From Oculina patagonica (lineage: Eukaryota): a DNA stretch of 64,000 nucleotides. A program made the translations under genes and the position numbers. Below the pieces are notes generated by a model that saw only the letters and a program-made list of their open reading frames with translations, searched no databases and was not told the origin of the DNA. Shown in pieces: positions 25,291 through 39,145 of the stretch (positions are counted from its first letter, which is position 1; each line of letters opens with the position of its first letter). Location: positions 14,322,001 through 14,386,000 of the forward strand of contig NC_135767.1 of NCBI RefSeq assembly GCF_052425735.1, written 5' to 3'.

Positions 25291-28200
25291 ATGGCATTCG
25301 TTCGTTTTTGGACCTTTGATATACCACGGTTAACACCTTTAAGGAGACTTATGGTTTTAGCGACGTGTATCACGTGTCTTGTATTTATGGTGTATTTTAG
25401 TTATGAGTTTAAGTACCTTTGGAAAATACAGCGCCACCCTACGATTTCAAAAGAGTAAGTTATTCTATTTTATTTTATTTTCAAAGTTTTCTGTTAATGG
25501 CTTCAATATAGGTGGATTTCAAGTTGACTGTCCAAATCTTTGCATACGTTTCTCGGTTCTACGTTATTTTTTTTTATCTATCAGCTCTACCCATCCGGAA
25601 CCCACCTTTTACGGTAAAGGCTATAATTACTCACACGTCGGTTACAGGTGTAAAAATATTGCTGCTCTCTCCTTAATTAAGAAGCCCAGAGATAGGATAG
25701 GTTTTCTCGCTTTCATACGTTTTATTTAAAACAGCGGTTAATTACAAATTCACAAATGTTACAGCAAGTGATACCAAAGCAAATAACATTCATTTCTTTG
25801 GTTTTGTGAGATCGCTCCAGCTGTTGACTGTGAGCCCATGAAATAAAGATTTATTGCTGAATACAATTTCAGTTCTCTTTGAGCTATTTATTTTGTCTGT
25901 CAACAAAACACGAAACCCTAAATATGAAATACCAAAGAGAATCCAGTTTAGAGTTTTCACGAGCTATCACGGCGTCTTTTTTACGGATGCAAATTAGGTG
26001 GTCCGATATTCCGAAGAAACTATCGTTGTTCTCTTGTCGACACAAAAGAGACCGTTGTTATATATAAACCAACAGAACAAACAACAGCTTATAAATCGGA
26101 GTTGTCTACTGTACTTAAGCTTATAAATTTCAGGTTTAGCTCTCCCTAAAATTTTGGATAATTTTCTCTCATTTGCTGTAAAATTATCTCAACGACACAA
26201 TTTATTGAAAATTTAACTAAACCACTGAAATAGATACTAGACAATTTAAATTGTATTTAAAAATACTATCAGATACTATCTAGAGGTATTGTTCCTTTGT
26301 TGTTACTGGGGTAACAGAGATAAAACACCCGTTATTATTATCTGAATAAAATCACTGCTGCGCTCCGAGATGCAGTTAAGACAACCTTAGCCGCAGACAA
26401 TGTTTTTTCAACATCATTCATTCGATGGAGAAAAATTTCTCACTTGAGTGTCGAAAGTAAACTGCGTTTGCTTTGGTTTTGCATTACTACGTTTAGTGAT
26501 TGGTTTAAAAATCCGCGCCACTTTCTCAGCAAATCAGAAGTACAACCCAAACCAATCGTGACTCGCACGCACACGTTTTCCCGCGCCTCGTGCCGGCTAC
26601 AGGTATTTGCTTCGAGTTTTGATTGGTTCACTAGATTGTCTGCGTCCTTTGTGATTGGCCAGAGTAATTACTTTGGTTTTGGTTTCACGACACTTAATTG
26701 AAAATTGCTTTAAAGGCCTAGAAAAGAAAGTGCCTTCTTTTATGAACTACCACGGGAATAAATTAACGACGCCTTTTGGCGCTCGTACGATATCGGTGTT
26801 AATAAAGAGGTCAATTTTTAAAATGAATTTAACTATTTGTGACTTTTATAGAAACACTAAAGGCTTTCAAACTGTAAAACGAATTTATATTTTAAGAAAA
26901 AACGTATGCCTACTCACGCCTGACACAGTTAACTGCTCATATTGGAACGTGTCCTTATCATAGGGTTATTTTACAAGAAGATGTATATCGATTCTACCGG
27001 AACATACTGACGTTTCTGTAATCACCGAAGAGTCCGTACGAAGTAATTCGATTTCTCTATTTTTTCGCGTAGAATATCAAAAGTTACAAATTTAATCATT
27101 TTTTTATATTTGTCTTAACAGGCAACTTGAAACAGCAGCAAACACTATCAAAAGTGCAATCAGTACAAACCAAGAGGCAACAGTTCGTAAATGCTCTCCA
27201 ACACAGCAAGTCCTTTTTCTCAAGACGCACAAAACAGGCTCCACCACAATCGCCAATATATTTTTCCGTTATGGCGACTCACGAGATCTTTCATTTGTAC
27301 TTGGTCAAGACACGTTAATTGGTTGGCCTCGCCGCTTTCAGGTCTCCTTTGCGTTACCTTTTGATGGACCCCAGCCGAACTTTCTATGCAGTCACACGAG
27401 GTACAATCAGAAACCGATGAATTACCTCTTCCCTAAAACGAACTCAAAATACGTGACCATTCTACGAAACCCCGTTGACCAGTTCGAGTCGATTTTTAAC
27501 TATATGGGTTTGGGCGATATTTATGGTTTCGGCCGAGACCCGAGAAGGTCGTTACAGGAATTTCTCGCCACGGGTATCGAATTTGAAGACGTTTTCGAAA
27601 AAGAAGCTACACGCTTGGTCAGAAATCCCATGTTGTTCGACTTAGGATTGGGCTTCAAATTTCACCAGAACGCTACGGCTGTTAAAGAATACATCGCGTT
27701 TCTGGACAAGGAGTTTGATTTAATCATGATTACAGACTACTTCGACGAATCTGTGGTGTTGCTAAAGCGCTTGCTTTGCTGGGAATTGGACGATGTTCTT
27801 TATTTTAAATCTAACGAGAGACAAGACAAAGAAAGAGCTGTGGATTTGAGCGAGGAAGTTAAAGAGAATATTAAACGATGGAATGCAGCCGACCAGTTAC
27901 TGTTCGATTTCTTTAACCAAACGTTTTGGTACAAAATAAAAATGGAGGGAGAAGGATTTTATGACGACCTGGCTGCTTTTCGTCAGAAGAAAGAGCAAAT
28001 AAGACGCTTGTGTTTGTCAAACGGAACAAGCCTTCAGTTACAGTACGGCCACAAGTATGTCAAGGGAGTTTCCTTGAAGCAAAACTTGAACGCTAAAACA
28101 AGAGAGCACTGCGAAAAAATGACAAGAAGTGAGAATTCGTATCTGACGTATTTACGCAGGAAAAGGTCAATGAGATTAGCAGCTCTTAGTGCAGCAGCGG

Positions 28201-28385
28201 CAAATGAGAGGAACGAGGAAATGACTAGCTGGGATGTAGCGAGCGACCTTAAATATACTCCAATATTACAAAGTGATGTGAAAGTAGACCTTAAAAGAAA
28301 GATGCGGGCAAAACGGGCACGATATCAGAGATATAACCATGGCAAGGTCTGGCCGAGGAGTGGGACAAGGAGAAACAGAAAATAG
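25291..28385 (+). CDS. Galactose-3-O-sulfotransferase family protein, copy A; exons 25291-25454 and 27122-28385 (possible small middle exon ~26964-27030)
   Basis: Exon 1 encodes a type II membrane anchor (RRLMVLATCITCLVFMVYF). The main exon has FLKTHKTGSTT (5'-PSB), TILRNP.DQFES (3'-PB), FDLIMITDYFDES and WN.AD..LF..FN; compatible phase-2 splice sites. Confidence 0.9.
26436..26704. mobile_element. ~265-bp interspersed MITE-like repeat (other copies ~22088-22310 and 61436-61680, opposite strand)
   Basis: TTGAGTGTCG...CGACACTTAATTGAAA inverted ends; three copies in the window. Confidence 0.7.
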
Positions 28386-30072
28386 AGAAATAGGCCTCAT
28401 ATCATTAAAGGGAAGGGAAATAACTCCAAAAACACTGCATTAAAGGATACTTACAGTAGCTTACATGTAAGAACGATACGAATTGGTCGCCTTAATTTTA
28501 ATGTTTGAGTCTTGAAACAAAATGGACCTCTTAAAGAATTATGTAACGATATATGAAGTCTTTTATTGCGGTTCTTAAATGTAATGAAACCTCAAAATCA
28601 AAGCGGTCCCAGCTAGCTATATTTACTTAAACACCAACTATGTAAAGTCAGAAATAACACTTTACTCAAATTCTGAGTTGAGAGAATTTGCTGTCCCATT
28701 AGCCCTCAAAGCCACGTAAACGACATGGTGAATATTAAAATTGGGGCTACATGTACAATATAAATAACCATGCATCAATTAACGTCCAGACGATGAGAAT
28801 AAACGATCACTTGAACTAATCATGCAATATATAGCTTTGATGCGTCAATTAAATTGTACTAGTTTGTATAAAAAAGGTTAAAACGACACTTCAAGATTGG
28901 GAGAAATCGAGGTGACCTCATTGCGGATACCTCTTTTGAATGAAAGGAAAATCAGTTCTTATAGTATGTCAAAAGGGCCAGTCTCGAGCCGCCAAACATT
29001 CTGTGAAATGCACAGCCTGTATTAAATGTGAGCATAGTTTGACCAGAAGAAACAATTAAAACTCTGGCTGGACAACCAGTTTATGGCGGCAAACTGGACT
29101 CGGCGAGGACTAGCAAAGTAATAAAATAGAGCGGCAATACATCGCTGTAGAGTTTTGAGCTGTCGCACGCCTTTGACGTTTGTCCGGCCATAGAGCGCAA
29201 ATGCTTAGAAAGTACTTTAGTTAAACCTTGCCGAAATATGCTTTTTCTTTCAGGGACAGGGGGCTTTGGGGGCGAGGCGGGCCGGCTGTCTTTTTTTTTT
29301 TCCAGCCGAGTATAATCTGCTCCTTAGTATTTTAAAATCTCTTTTTGTCCCGCGAGTATTCCGCTTCTGCCGAAATCTGGCATAGACACCGTCGTATGTA
29401 ATTCATTCAGTTACATGTAACTTTCTGATTAGTAATGATTTAACCCGAATTAATGATTGATCGAGAACGTTAAACCTTTTACCATTCAGACAAGGAGAAG
29501 AAATTAATTGAACAACACTGAGAAATGAACCTGTTTTCACAGGTTTTTTTTCATTCAACTGACGCTCACGAAATTCAGTAAACTGAAAACACGGCCCGCG
29601 GGAAGAAATTTCGAAGGAGCGCTTTCCGTCTTTGTCAAAAGCTGTCGGTTTTTAATAAAAAGCGGACACCCAAAACAAGATCAATCAGGAAAGAACAGTA
29701 AGCTTTCGTTTTGGTCCGCCTTTTAGGGTGCGCAAAAAAATCAAAAGCGCGCAAAACAGGGTTTCATAAAAGCCGCCCACTAAATGACTTTTTGATCAAT
29801 GACTTTTCGATCAGAAATGCCCGCCCTTTGTGTTACATTGCCGCGTGCGGATCATTAGTAATGGTTATAGTCGTTTATCACAGCGCGCTTTCTATACAAT
29901 ACTTCTATTATGTCCTTGTTATCGGCAAAATTAACAAGAAAACGATTTTTCTGTCGGACCGTTTTTGTGATGTAAAGTGTTGCCAGTTCCCGAGGTATAA
30001 ATACGCGTTTCGATGACCTTGCCTTCATTCAGTTTAAGAGACAGTAACACAGCGGAACACAGTACTTATATA

Positions 30073-32510
30073 ATGGAGAATAATAGATTTCGTTCAGTTA
30101 TTTCTATTCTGGATCCTCCGGCCGGTAGACACGCACATGTACTGCCTCCAACCTCGAGTCCAACGCCCTTGAAACCAGTCTCCAGTAAGACACTATCCTT
30201 CTCCATCAGCGCGATCTTGGGTCTAAAAGATGAGGAAAAACGCCAAGATTCACCAAGCATCGGTTAGTAACTCTTCAGATTTCTTTAATCGTGCTATAAT
30301 CTGATCCACAGTGTGAATCACATATTTCATAGCTATAAACTTTGGAGTCTGAACGTAAATTCAGAGACACCCAACAGACCGTTTCGGTGAATATCTGTTC
30401 GGAAGATCTATAATTGCCTACGATTTTCAGATTAAAGTGTGATGAAAAACTGGAGTTTTCTGTTTACCTCAACATTTTGAGACATGGGAAAAGTAACGAC
30501 TGCTTTTTGTGGAGAGAGAAAAATATCGTTTTGGGTATGAAAAAAGGCCAACTACGTTTTTCAAGAAGGCAATAGTGGCTCGTAAACTCGGGTAATAAAG
30601 TTTCGTTCCCTAAAATTTTCTAAAGTTTGAAAGTTCAGCTAGCGTTTGCGAAAAGATACACTTTTCTTAGCATTTAAAAATAAGGCTTTAAATCGCACAA
30701 AATGGACACTTATAACATGTAAACGATGTTCTGACACCTATAGTAAAATTTTCTCGTTGGGTGTCCCTGTAAATTAGCCGCGATTTCATACGTAAACTGA
30801 TCGTAACACTTCGAGCGTTAGTACTACGTAGGAGGGAACCGTAAGGCATCAAAGTTAGTTTAATACTATAACTTGAACGAGATTTAAGAGATTTGAGCGC
30901 TCGGCCAAAACCGGCCAAAGGATATAAATTGAGCACAAGGCTCGACTTTTTCTAACATGCCTACCATTATTAGATTTGTCACAACATTTTTTTTGTCATG
31001 AACATCCTGCTAAAAGTTAGCTTTTTTAATGTTTGATACAACATAAATCCATTTGCGTCGGATTAGTGTTAAGACCCCATCTACTTGAATGTATAAATTA
31101 GGAACAAAACTTGTTAGTTGTGCAACTACAATAAGAAATGCTTCAAACATAGTGGAACTTAACATAAATTAAGAATAAGTTGCGTTGTCATGTTAATTTC
31201 TTTGGAGAATGGAATTTTTAGCCGTTATATGACTAAGGTTTTAAACTACTTTGTTTTAATTTGTTTGCTATTATTTTCAGCGAGAAACACGCTACAGTCT
31301 GAACTGTGTGTCCGCATTCCAAGTCCTCAACACAGCTACAGTGATACCAGCCCACGATCATCGCCTTATTCCGACAACACAAATTCCACCAGCGAATGTG
31401 ACAGCGAACCCGATCAAGTATCGACACATTCCGAGCAGCCATCGAGAAAGAAACGACAGCGAACGACATTCTCGCCGATCGAGGTGTGGGAGCTGGAGCG
31501 AGCGTACAAGCGGCGGCCATATTTGATAGCTGAAGACGAGGAGGAACTGGTGCAGAGACTTGGTATCCCGGTTAGAAGTTTGAAGGTGAGTTGGATTTAA
31601 TACTCTTACCATGAACGTTTTTGTGACTGAAGGTTAGATTTGTTCAAGTTCAAATGAATACTTGTCATCCGGTGCATTTCGAGACTCAAATCAGCGGTCT
31701 CGACAGCAAAATTATAATTCAGCCTCCATTCTTATTAGTACATTGCTAGTAATTTTAATCATATTAATTTTGAGAATTTTAAATCATTTAGAAAATATCC
31801 TTGATAGTTGATTTTTCAACTATCATGCGCCATTTAATTAGCAAGGAAAAATCAATACACTGAATGACTTTTTTCGATCATCAAATCAGGTTTTTAAACT
31901 TTACGAAAATTCTTTTATGTTTCGTTTCCAGACTGTTCAATTGAATTAGGTATCACTAAATTGTCACTGCTATATTCCATCCAACCATAGATTTAGATAG
32001 AATTGTGTTTTCCTTGTTATAAAAATTTGCATTGTTGACGGCGTCAAATTTTACTTCAAAGGTTTTCGAAGCCATTGTTTACAATCAGGTTGATATGTTG
32101 AATGTAACCAATTTTGTTTGTTTGTTCATTTCAGTATTGGTTCCAGAACCGACGAGCCAAATCAAGAAAAGAAGAAAGAAATGTGACGTCTGTCCATCAG
32201 ATCAAACCAGTTTGGGCGTCCTGCCAGCAGAGTAATGCCCATTGTCAGACCACAGTTTCCGATCCACTCCCCTTCTGATCACTGGAAGCAAGCTGAACGC
32301 GTGTCCTACCCAATCCCGGAAAACTACGCAAAAGGAGACGAGTCGCGCATTCGACCAATCACATCAGACTACCATTACTCGTCATTCAAGTCAAACCAGT
32401 TTAGAAGCCGTTCATCGTTCCTGGTACCCATGTTCCACCCGGACCAGCTCAGGAGAAGACCAGTTGGGCCCGCAAGACTATCGTACAGCCGTAGATTCCA
32501 GCCGTACTGA
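30073..32510 (+). CDS. Divergent PRD-class homeobox gene, copy 4; exons 30073-30262, 31281-31585, 32135-; frameshift gives stop at 32278 (ancestral stop 32510)
   Basis: SFSISAILGL eh1 and an intact homeodomain. 8-bp deletion (CCAGCCCG) at ~32201 relative to paralogs; the original C-terminus persists in ORF 32235-32510. Confidence 0.85.
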
Positions 32511-32808
32511 ATACAGGTTATAGGAAAAGTTTAAGAACGAAATGATCGAAAATATGAACCTGTTAATAAAATTTGTTTAGGCATTCCTCTTTGTGTCAAG
32601 AACGGAAACGTTTATGTAAACAATTGTAATTCGAATCAAACAGCTGGATTAGTTTAAATTATCTATATAGGAAGTAGACATGGATTTTCACTGTAATAAA
32701 AGTCGAAAACCGGCTGTTGGTATTGTAAATAAACATATTTTAAGTTAAAGACAAGGCCGTTTATCTTTTGTAATAAGTATATATAAAAATTTAATTCTCT
32801 CCAACATA

Positions 32809-33145
32809 CCGTAGAATTCCGGTTATAAGCCCTGGGCTTATACAACTTCGTAAGGGGTTTTGGGTGGGCTTATAAGCGAAAGGGGCTTATATCCGGGAGG
32901 GCTTATAAGCGGAATGAAAAAAAAAAAACGTTTCGAAACGAGCCACGGGAGTGTTGATGGAAATACGTTTTTTCAGTTAAAAACGCATAATAAAGCAACA
33001 TTTAGCCCTATTCAGTACTGTCGTCCGGTAGAGGGGGGCTTATAATCGGATGTATTTTTTTTTTTCCAGGATGATCGGCTTATCACCGGAGGGGCTTATA
33101 AGCGGGGGGGGGGGGGGGGGGGGGCTTATAACCGGAATTTTACGG
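32809..33145. mobile_element. Tc1/mariner-type MITE, TA TSD
   Basis: TA-CCGTAGAATTCCGGTTATAAGCCC...GGGCTTATAACCGGAATTTTACGG-TA; empty site in the paralog at ~43128. Confidence 0.88.
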
Positions 33146-33217
33146 TATCATTTAAAGCTGTGAAAATAACACGAGATAAAACTATCACTGTATGATGATA
33201 TTTTCAAGGCCTCAATA

Positions 33218-35661
33218 TGTTTGTCGTAGAAGACCTAAATGTAATAACTGAACCTAAATGTAATCAACTCCTACGTGTGACCACATTTGGGCTTAGATAT
33301 ATAACGTTAAGTTATACTAGCGTCATCAATAAAGTAACCAATACTTCTTTACCCTTAATTGGCCGTACAGGGAGGGGGAGTGGATGCCAACCCCCCACCC
33401 CTCCTGAAGTTTTCCGTAATTTTACTCTATAATGCTGTACCTTCAGTAACTGTTCATTCAACCCTTGCAAAAATTTTGATATGCCAACCATGTGTCCATG
33501 ACGTTTGACGTTGCCATGGCAACATCATAATAACAATCGTTATTTTTTTACATTTTACTTTATCTCTTCCAGTATTTTTAACAAATTAAAATTGCACACA
33601 TTTTGCTTAATTTTATATTCTATAAGCATTATGGCTTCATTTAATTTTGTATCAACTTCCGTTATTTTGCGACCTTCTAAGAAAATGAAGAAATCCAAGA
33701 TGGCGGACTCAAGATGACGGCGCTAATGACATTATATGTCACTCAGCCAACAAAAATTATGTCATCTTGTAGAGTAAGCGCAGGGCTTTTCACTCAGTCC
33801 AAAATAACTTCACTGGACATTTATAGAACGAGGGGGAGGCTTCCATCCACCCCTCCCCCCACGTGGGGTATGAATTTGCTTGTACGTCTGAGGGTTACCA
33901 ACTCACTGGTTATATCACTAGTGGTTTGTTGAGCCATTGGACAAGTTGTTGTATTCATCGTGAGCCAAACGTGATTGATGAAAAACATCAATCAAGTGAC
34001 TTCAAATTGAGTGTTTGGTGGTGGCTTTTACGGTCAACGGTTAAAATTTAGGCTTTTTGAGAATTTTTTTTCAAAAAAATAGCTCTTAGTCGGCGTGATG
34101 GGACAGTCAGCGAAGTTTGTCACACCAAACAGATTTCAGGTACTATCAGAACCAATCAAATTGAAGTTTATAAGGGGGAAGCAATCTGACACAGTGGTAG
34201 TGAGCGATTTCGTTCGAAGATTTTAGATTTGTAGGAGACGGAATTGGTGATTTGTGAATTAACCCTGGATTAAAAACGTGTTTTTCGTAGCGCTCACCTG
34301 TTAGCAACGCACACGCCGTCAGCAAAAGGCCCAACACAAACTTGTTATTGTCTTATTCGAGCATTCGTTTTGAATAGGCTAGCTTTCCTGACCGTGGTAA
34401 AAATAACATAAAGCATTTGCACACAGCAGACTTAAATATTAATGTTGTCATTATGATGTTAATACTGTAGGTATATTAACAAAGAGTCGAAGAAATGGAA
34501 GGGAATCTTCTTTAGATTCCTAAATATTTCTGGAGACTCCGTGGCGTTAAATAACTGCAAACCACAATTAATTTAATAAGTCTCTTGAGCGTCTTGCTCA
34601 ATTCACCAATTCAGAAGTGGCGTTTGTGTTTATACCTTTAAAACACCTCGTTCAAACATTTTATGAACTGGTGTAAGTATTACCTTTGCTGTCAAAAGCA
34701 ACTACGATCGATAGCAAAAACAGAGTAAGAGCGTGAAATTCCGTGAGAATTTGATAACTCAATTAGTTGTTGTTTGCGTGAATAAAATTTACGTTGTGGA
34801 TGAACCAAAATCTTTGTTGAACAGTTCTGACAGGAAACAAATACGCCAGGTGTACTGCGCTTTAAAGATATAAAGATTTTAAATATTTCACGGCTAATGG
34901 TTAAATTTCCAAATTTTCACGCCTAACGGCTAATTTTTTTGGCAGTTTTACGGCCAACAGTTAACCCTATTGAGATCCTGCCTTGGTTAACTCTATTCAG
35001 ACCGGGCTTTTTTGGATCCGTAACTTCCAGAATATTTAAGCAATCACAATGAAAATTAAAGGATATAAAGTATGTCCGAAAATCTATCTTTTGATATACG
35101 ACACGTGGGATGATGTCGTTACATCACGTGACAATTACATCATGATGTCAAAACAGCCGCAAAATTGGATCCGCCGTCTTGGATTTCAAAATTTTTTGAA
35201 TTTCAAGCCTCTTTGTCAGCCGGCCGGCCACCTTTTGTTGAAACAAGGCAGATAATATAATTGCATTAAAGTTAATTCAAATTAATAGGAACACAAAAAC
35301 TACAAATTTGGGGAAACATGTCTGTCAAATTGCCGTTGCCATGGTAACGCAAGTTCCCGACAAAGCAACCTATCCTACCAAATTATTCCCAGAAAAACTT
35401 TAGATAAACTCGCAAAGTTTAGCAGGGTTTGGTTAAATCTTGAAAAAGTTATAAGCGTTCAAAGTCAGCGTGGGCACTCCCCCCCCGGTCTGGATAGGGT
35501 TAATGGGGTGATGGTTACGTCATTGATGACGTTATTATAACGTTATAAGTCTGAATGTTGTCACAATTAGAATTTTATTACATTTAAGGTCAAATGTTAT
35601 TACATTTAGGAGTTTATTACATTTAGGGTCAGTTATTACATTTAGGTCTTCATTTGTCAAC
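33218..35661. mobile_element. Inverted-repeat element with nested MITEs
   Basis: GAAGACCTAAATGTAATAACTGA (33228-) is mirrored by TCAGTTATTACATTTAGGTCTTC (-35652); ~110-150 bp degenerate arms. Confidence 0.65.
34991..35499. mobile_element. piggyBac-type MITE, TTAA TSD
   Basis: TTAA-CTCTATTCAGACCGGG...CCCGGTCTGGATAGGG-TTAA. Confidence 0.8.
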
Positions 35662-36097
35662 AATATTTAACATTTTGTCCGTTTTCACTAGCGATGACGT
35701 TCTATATTTTTTGTTTACTTTGAGAGTTACTCATGAATCGCTTAACGAATTTTTTTTGCTTTAAAAATATTTTTATTCGAGTCATAATAAATATAAAAAT
35801 GCTTCATCATTGAAACGAAGCACTGGACCGATACCAAAATTTGCATAGCCATTGAGATTTGATGATGCTCAGTACTGTAAATATTCCTAGTTAATTACTT
35901 GCTATCATATCCGCCCGTCATAAAAAAACTGCTTTGACGAGTTAGCGGGTTATCGTGCAAGAGCATGACACCGAGGCATTTCACCGATAAGCTGTTGTTT
36001 TTCGCTCGCCATCCGGCTGGCCCTTCAAGACTACGTTTCACCACGTGGCTACTGGAAGCTGGAATAAATAACCCTTCCTTCCTCGGGGCAAATCACA

Positions 36098-39000
36098 ATG
36101 GCATTCGTTCGTTTTTTGACTTTGCACATGCCGCGGTTAAGAAGTCTTCTGGTTTTAGCGACGTGTTTCACATGTAGTCTACTTATGGTCTATTTTAATT
36201 ATGAGTTTAAGTACTTTTGGAAAATACAGCGCCACCCTACGATTTCAAAAGAGTAAGTAATTTTATTTTACTTTATTTTCTTGTTTGAAAATTTTCTGTT
36301 AATGGCTTCAATATAGGTGTACTTCAAGTTGACTGTCCAAGCGGTTCATTCGGAACCCTCCTTTTACGATGAAGGTTAAAATTAACCTCACATCGGTTAA
36401 AGGAGAAATATTTCTCCTATCTTCTCCTGATCTGTTCGTGATTAAGGAGCCCAGAGATGATAAGTTCATTACAAATTCACAAATGTTACCGCAGCAAGTG
36501 ATAACAAAAGCAAATATAATTTATTTGTTTTTTATGTGCTCGCTCAGCTGTTGACTGTATTAGCCCATGAAATAAAAAAAATGCTGAATATTAATTTTTG
36601 TTCTCTTTAGACCACTTATTTTTGGTCAATAAAAGATGAAATACTAAATATCAGATCGATGCCAAAGAGAATCATTTTTTTATAGTTTTCACGAGCTTTC
36701 AGGAGCATTACGGCACCTTTTTCCAGATGCAAATTAAGTGGTCCGATATTCCAAAGCTAAATACAAAAGTAAATATCTTTGATCTCTTGTCGACGCAAAG
36801 AGACTGTTGTGATATTAAATCAATATAATAAATATCAGCTTGAAAATCGGAGTTAGCCACTATTTCGGTTAAAATTGTCATCAAAACTTTGAGTGATTTT
36901 CTCTCATTTGCTGTTAAATTATCTAAACGACACAGTTCATTGAAATTTTACTAAATCAATGGATATGAAATAGATACTAGACAAATTCATAGTTTAACTG
37001 TATTCAAAACCAATATCAGGTACAATTGCATTGTTTCTTTGTTGTTTTTACTCTTGCAAATCCGTTGCTAGGATAACAAAGAATCCTCAGAATTATAACA
37101 GAGATAACTTTTGATGTTTGTTCAAGGAATAAAATCTCTGTCTACGTCGTTTTTCTCTGATAAAGATAATGGCGCGTCATTTAGCTTCGAGGTAGTGCGG
37201 GGAGAAAACCCCAGTGCAGACTATGGTTTTGCGGTCATTAGATGGATAAAAATGACTTGCTATTAACATATCTAAGTAGAAAAGAAATTGTTCCTTCTTT
37301 TGTGAATTAAAACGGGATAAAAGTGCAAAGGAGTAAGCTACGATGCTATCTTTACGCTCGTATGACATAAGTTTCACAAGTTTCGTTTTGCTGTATTTCA
37401 CTAGCCACCCGGTAGGTATCGTGTTTCGTTTGTGGACTTGTGGTTTTCATTTGCTATAGTTGTAATTTTCGATTCATACTGTAAGTGTTGATAATTATTT
37501 CATAGGTTTCGAATTCATTTACCGATGGTGTGAATAAAATTGAGTTTTGGGATCCCAAACGTTGATTGAGTCTTTGATAACGGTGTGCCGATGACCTACA
37601 ACTGAAGCTTTCGAAACCTAATAGTATATCTTTTTCCATCGGTAAAGAATTCCCCGTTATAAACTAAAGTTATTTCTTGAGCAACACAGTTAACTGACCG
37701 TAATGGAAGGTGTCCTTATTATAGGGTTATTATACAAGAAGATGTAAATCGATTTTTACCGGAACGTACTGACGTTTCTGTGATCACCGAGGAGTCCGTA
37801 CGAAGTCAGATTCGATTTCTCTATTTTTTCGCGTAGGATATCAAAAGTTACAAATTTAACCATTTTTTATATTTGTCTTAACAGGCAACTACAAACAGCA
37901 GCAAACTCTATCAAAAGTGCAATCAGTACAAGCCATGAGTCAAGAGTTCGTAAATGCTCTCCAACACAGCAAGTCCTCTTTCTCAAGACGCACAAAACAG
38001 GCTCCACCACAATCGCCAATATATTTTTCCGTTATGGCGACTCACGGGATCTTTTATTTGTACTTAGTAAAAACACGTTAATTGGTTGGCCTCGTCGCTT
38101 TCAGGTCTCCTTTGCATTACCTTTTGATGGACCCCAACCGAACTTTCTATGCAGTCACACAAGGTACAATCGAAAACCGTTGAATTACCTCTTCCCTAAA
38201 ACGACCTCAAAATACGTGACCATTCTACGAAACCCTGTTGACCAGTACGAGTCGGTTTTTAACTATATGGGTTTGGGCGATATTTATGGTTTCGGCCGAG
38301 ACCCGAGAAAGTCTTTAGAAACATTCCTCAGCACAGGAATAGAATTTGAAGACGTTTTCAAAAAAGAATCTACACGCTTGGTCAGAAATCCCATGTTGTT
38401 TGACTTAGGATTGGCCTACAAATTTCACCAGAATGTTACGGCTATCGAGGAATACATCGCATTTCTGGACAAGGAGTTTGATTTAATCATGATTACAGAC
38501 TACTTCGACGAATCTGTGGTGCTGCTAAAGCGCTTGCTTTGCTGGGAATTGGACGATGTTCTTTATTTTAAATCTAACGAGAGACAAGACAAAGAACGAG
38601 CTGTGGATTTGAGCGAAGACGTTAAAAAGAATATTAAACGATGGAACGCAGCCGACCAGATACTGTTCGATTTCTTTAACCAAACGTTTTGGTACAAAAT
38701 TAAAATGGAGGGCGAAGGATTTTATGACGATTTGGCAGCTTTTCGTCAGAAGAAAGGGCAAATAAGACGCTTGTGTTTGACACATGGAACAAGCCTTCAA
38801 TTACAGTACGGCCACAAGTACGTCAAAGGAGTTAACTTAAAGCATAACTTAAACGCCAAAACAAAAAAGTACTGCGAAAGAATGACACGTAGTGAGAATT
38901 CGTATCTGGAGTATTTACGCAGGAAAAGATCAATGAGATTAGCAGGTCTTAGTGCAGCAGCGGCAAATGAGAGGAATGAGGAAATGACTAGCTGGGATGT

Positions 39001-39145
39001 AGCGAGCGACCTTACATATACTCCAGTATCACAAAACTCTGGAGCAGTAGACCTTGCTAGAAAGATGAAGGGGCGTGGAAGAAATCAGGGATATAACCGT
39101 GTCAGGATCTGGGCGAGGAGTGGGACAAGGAGAAAAAGACAATAG
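36098..39145 (+). CDS. Galactose-3-O-sulfotransferase family protein, copy B; exons 36098-36252 and 37885-39145 (possible middle exon from 37725)
   Basis: Same anchor exon, PAPS-binding motifs and splice phases as copy A; open frame. Confidence 0.9.
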
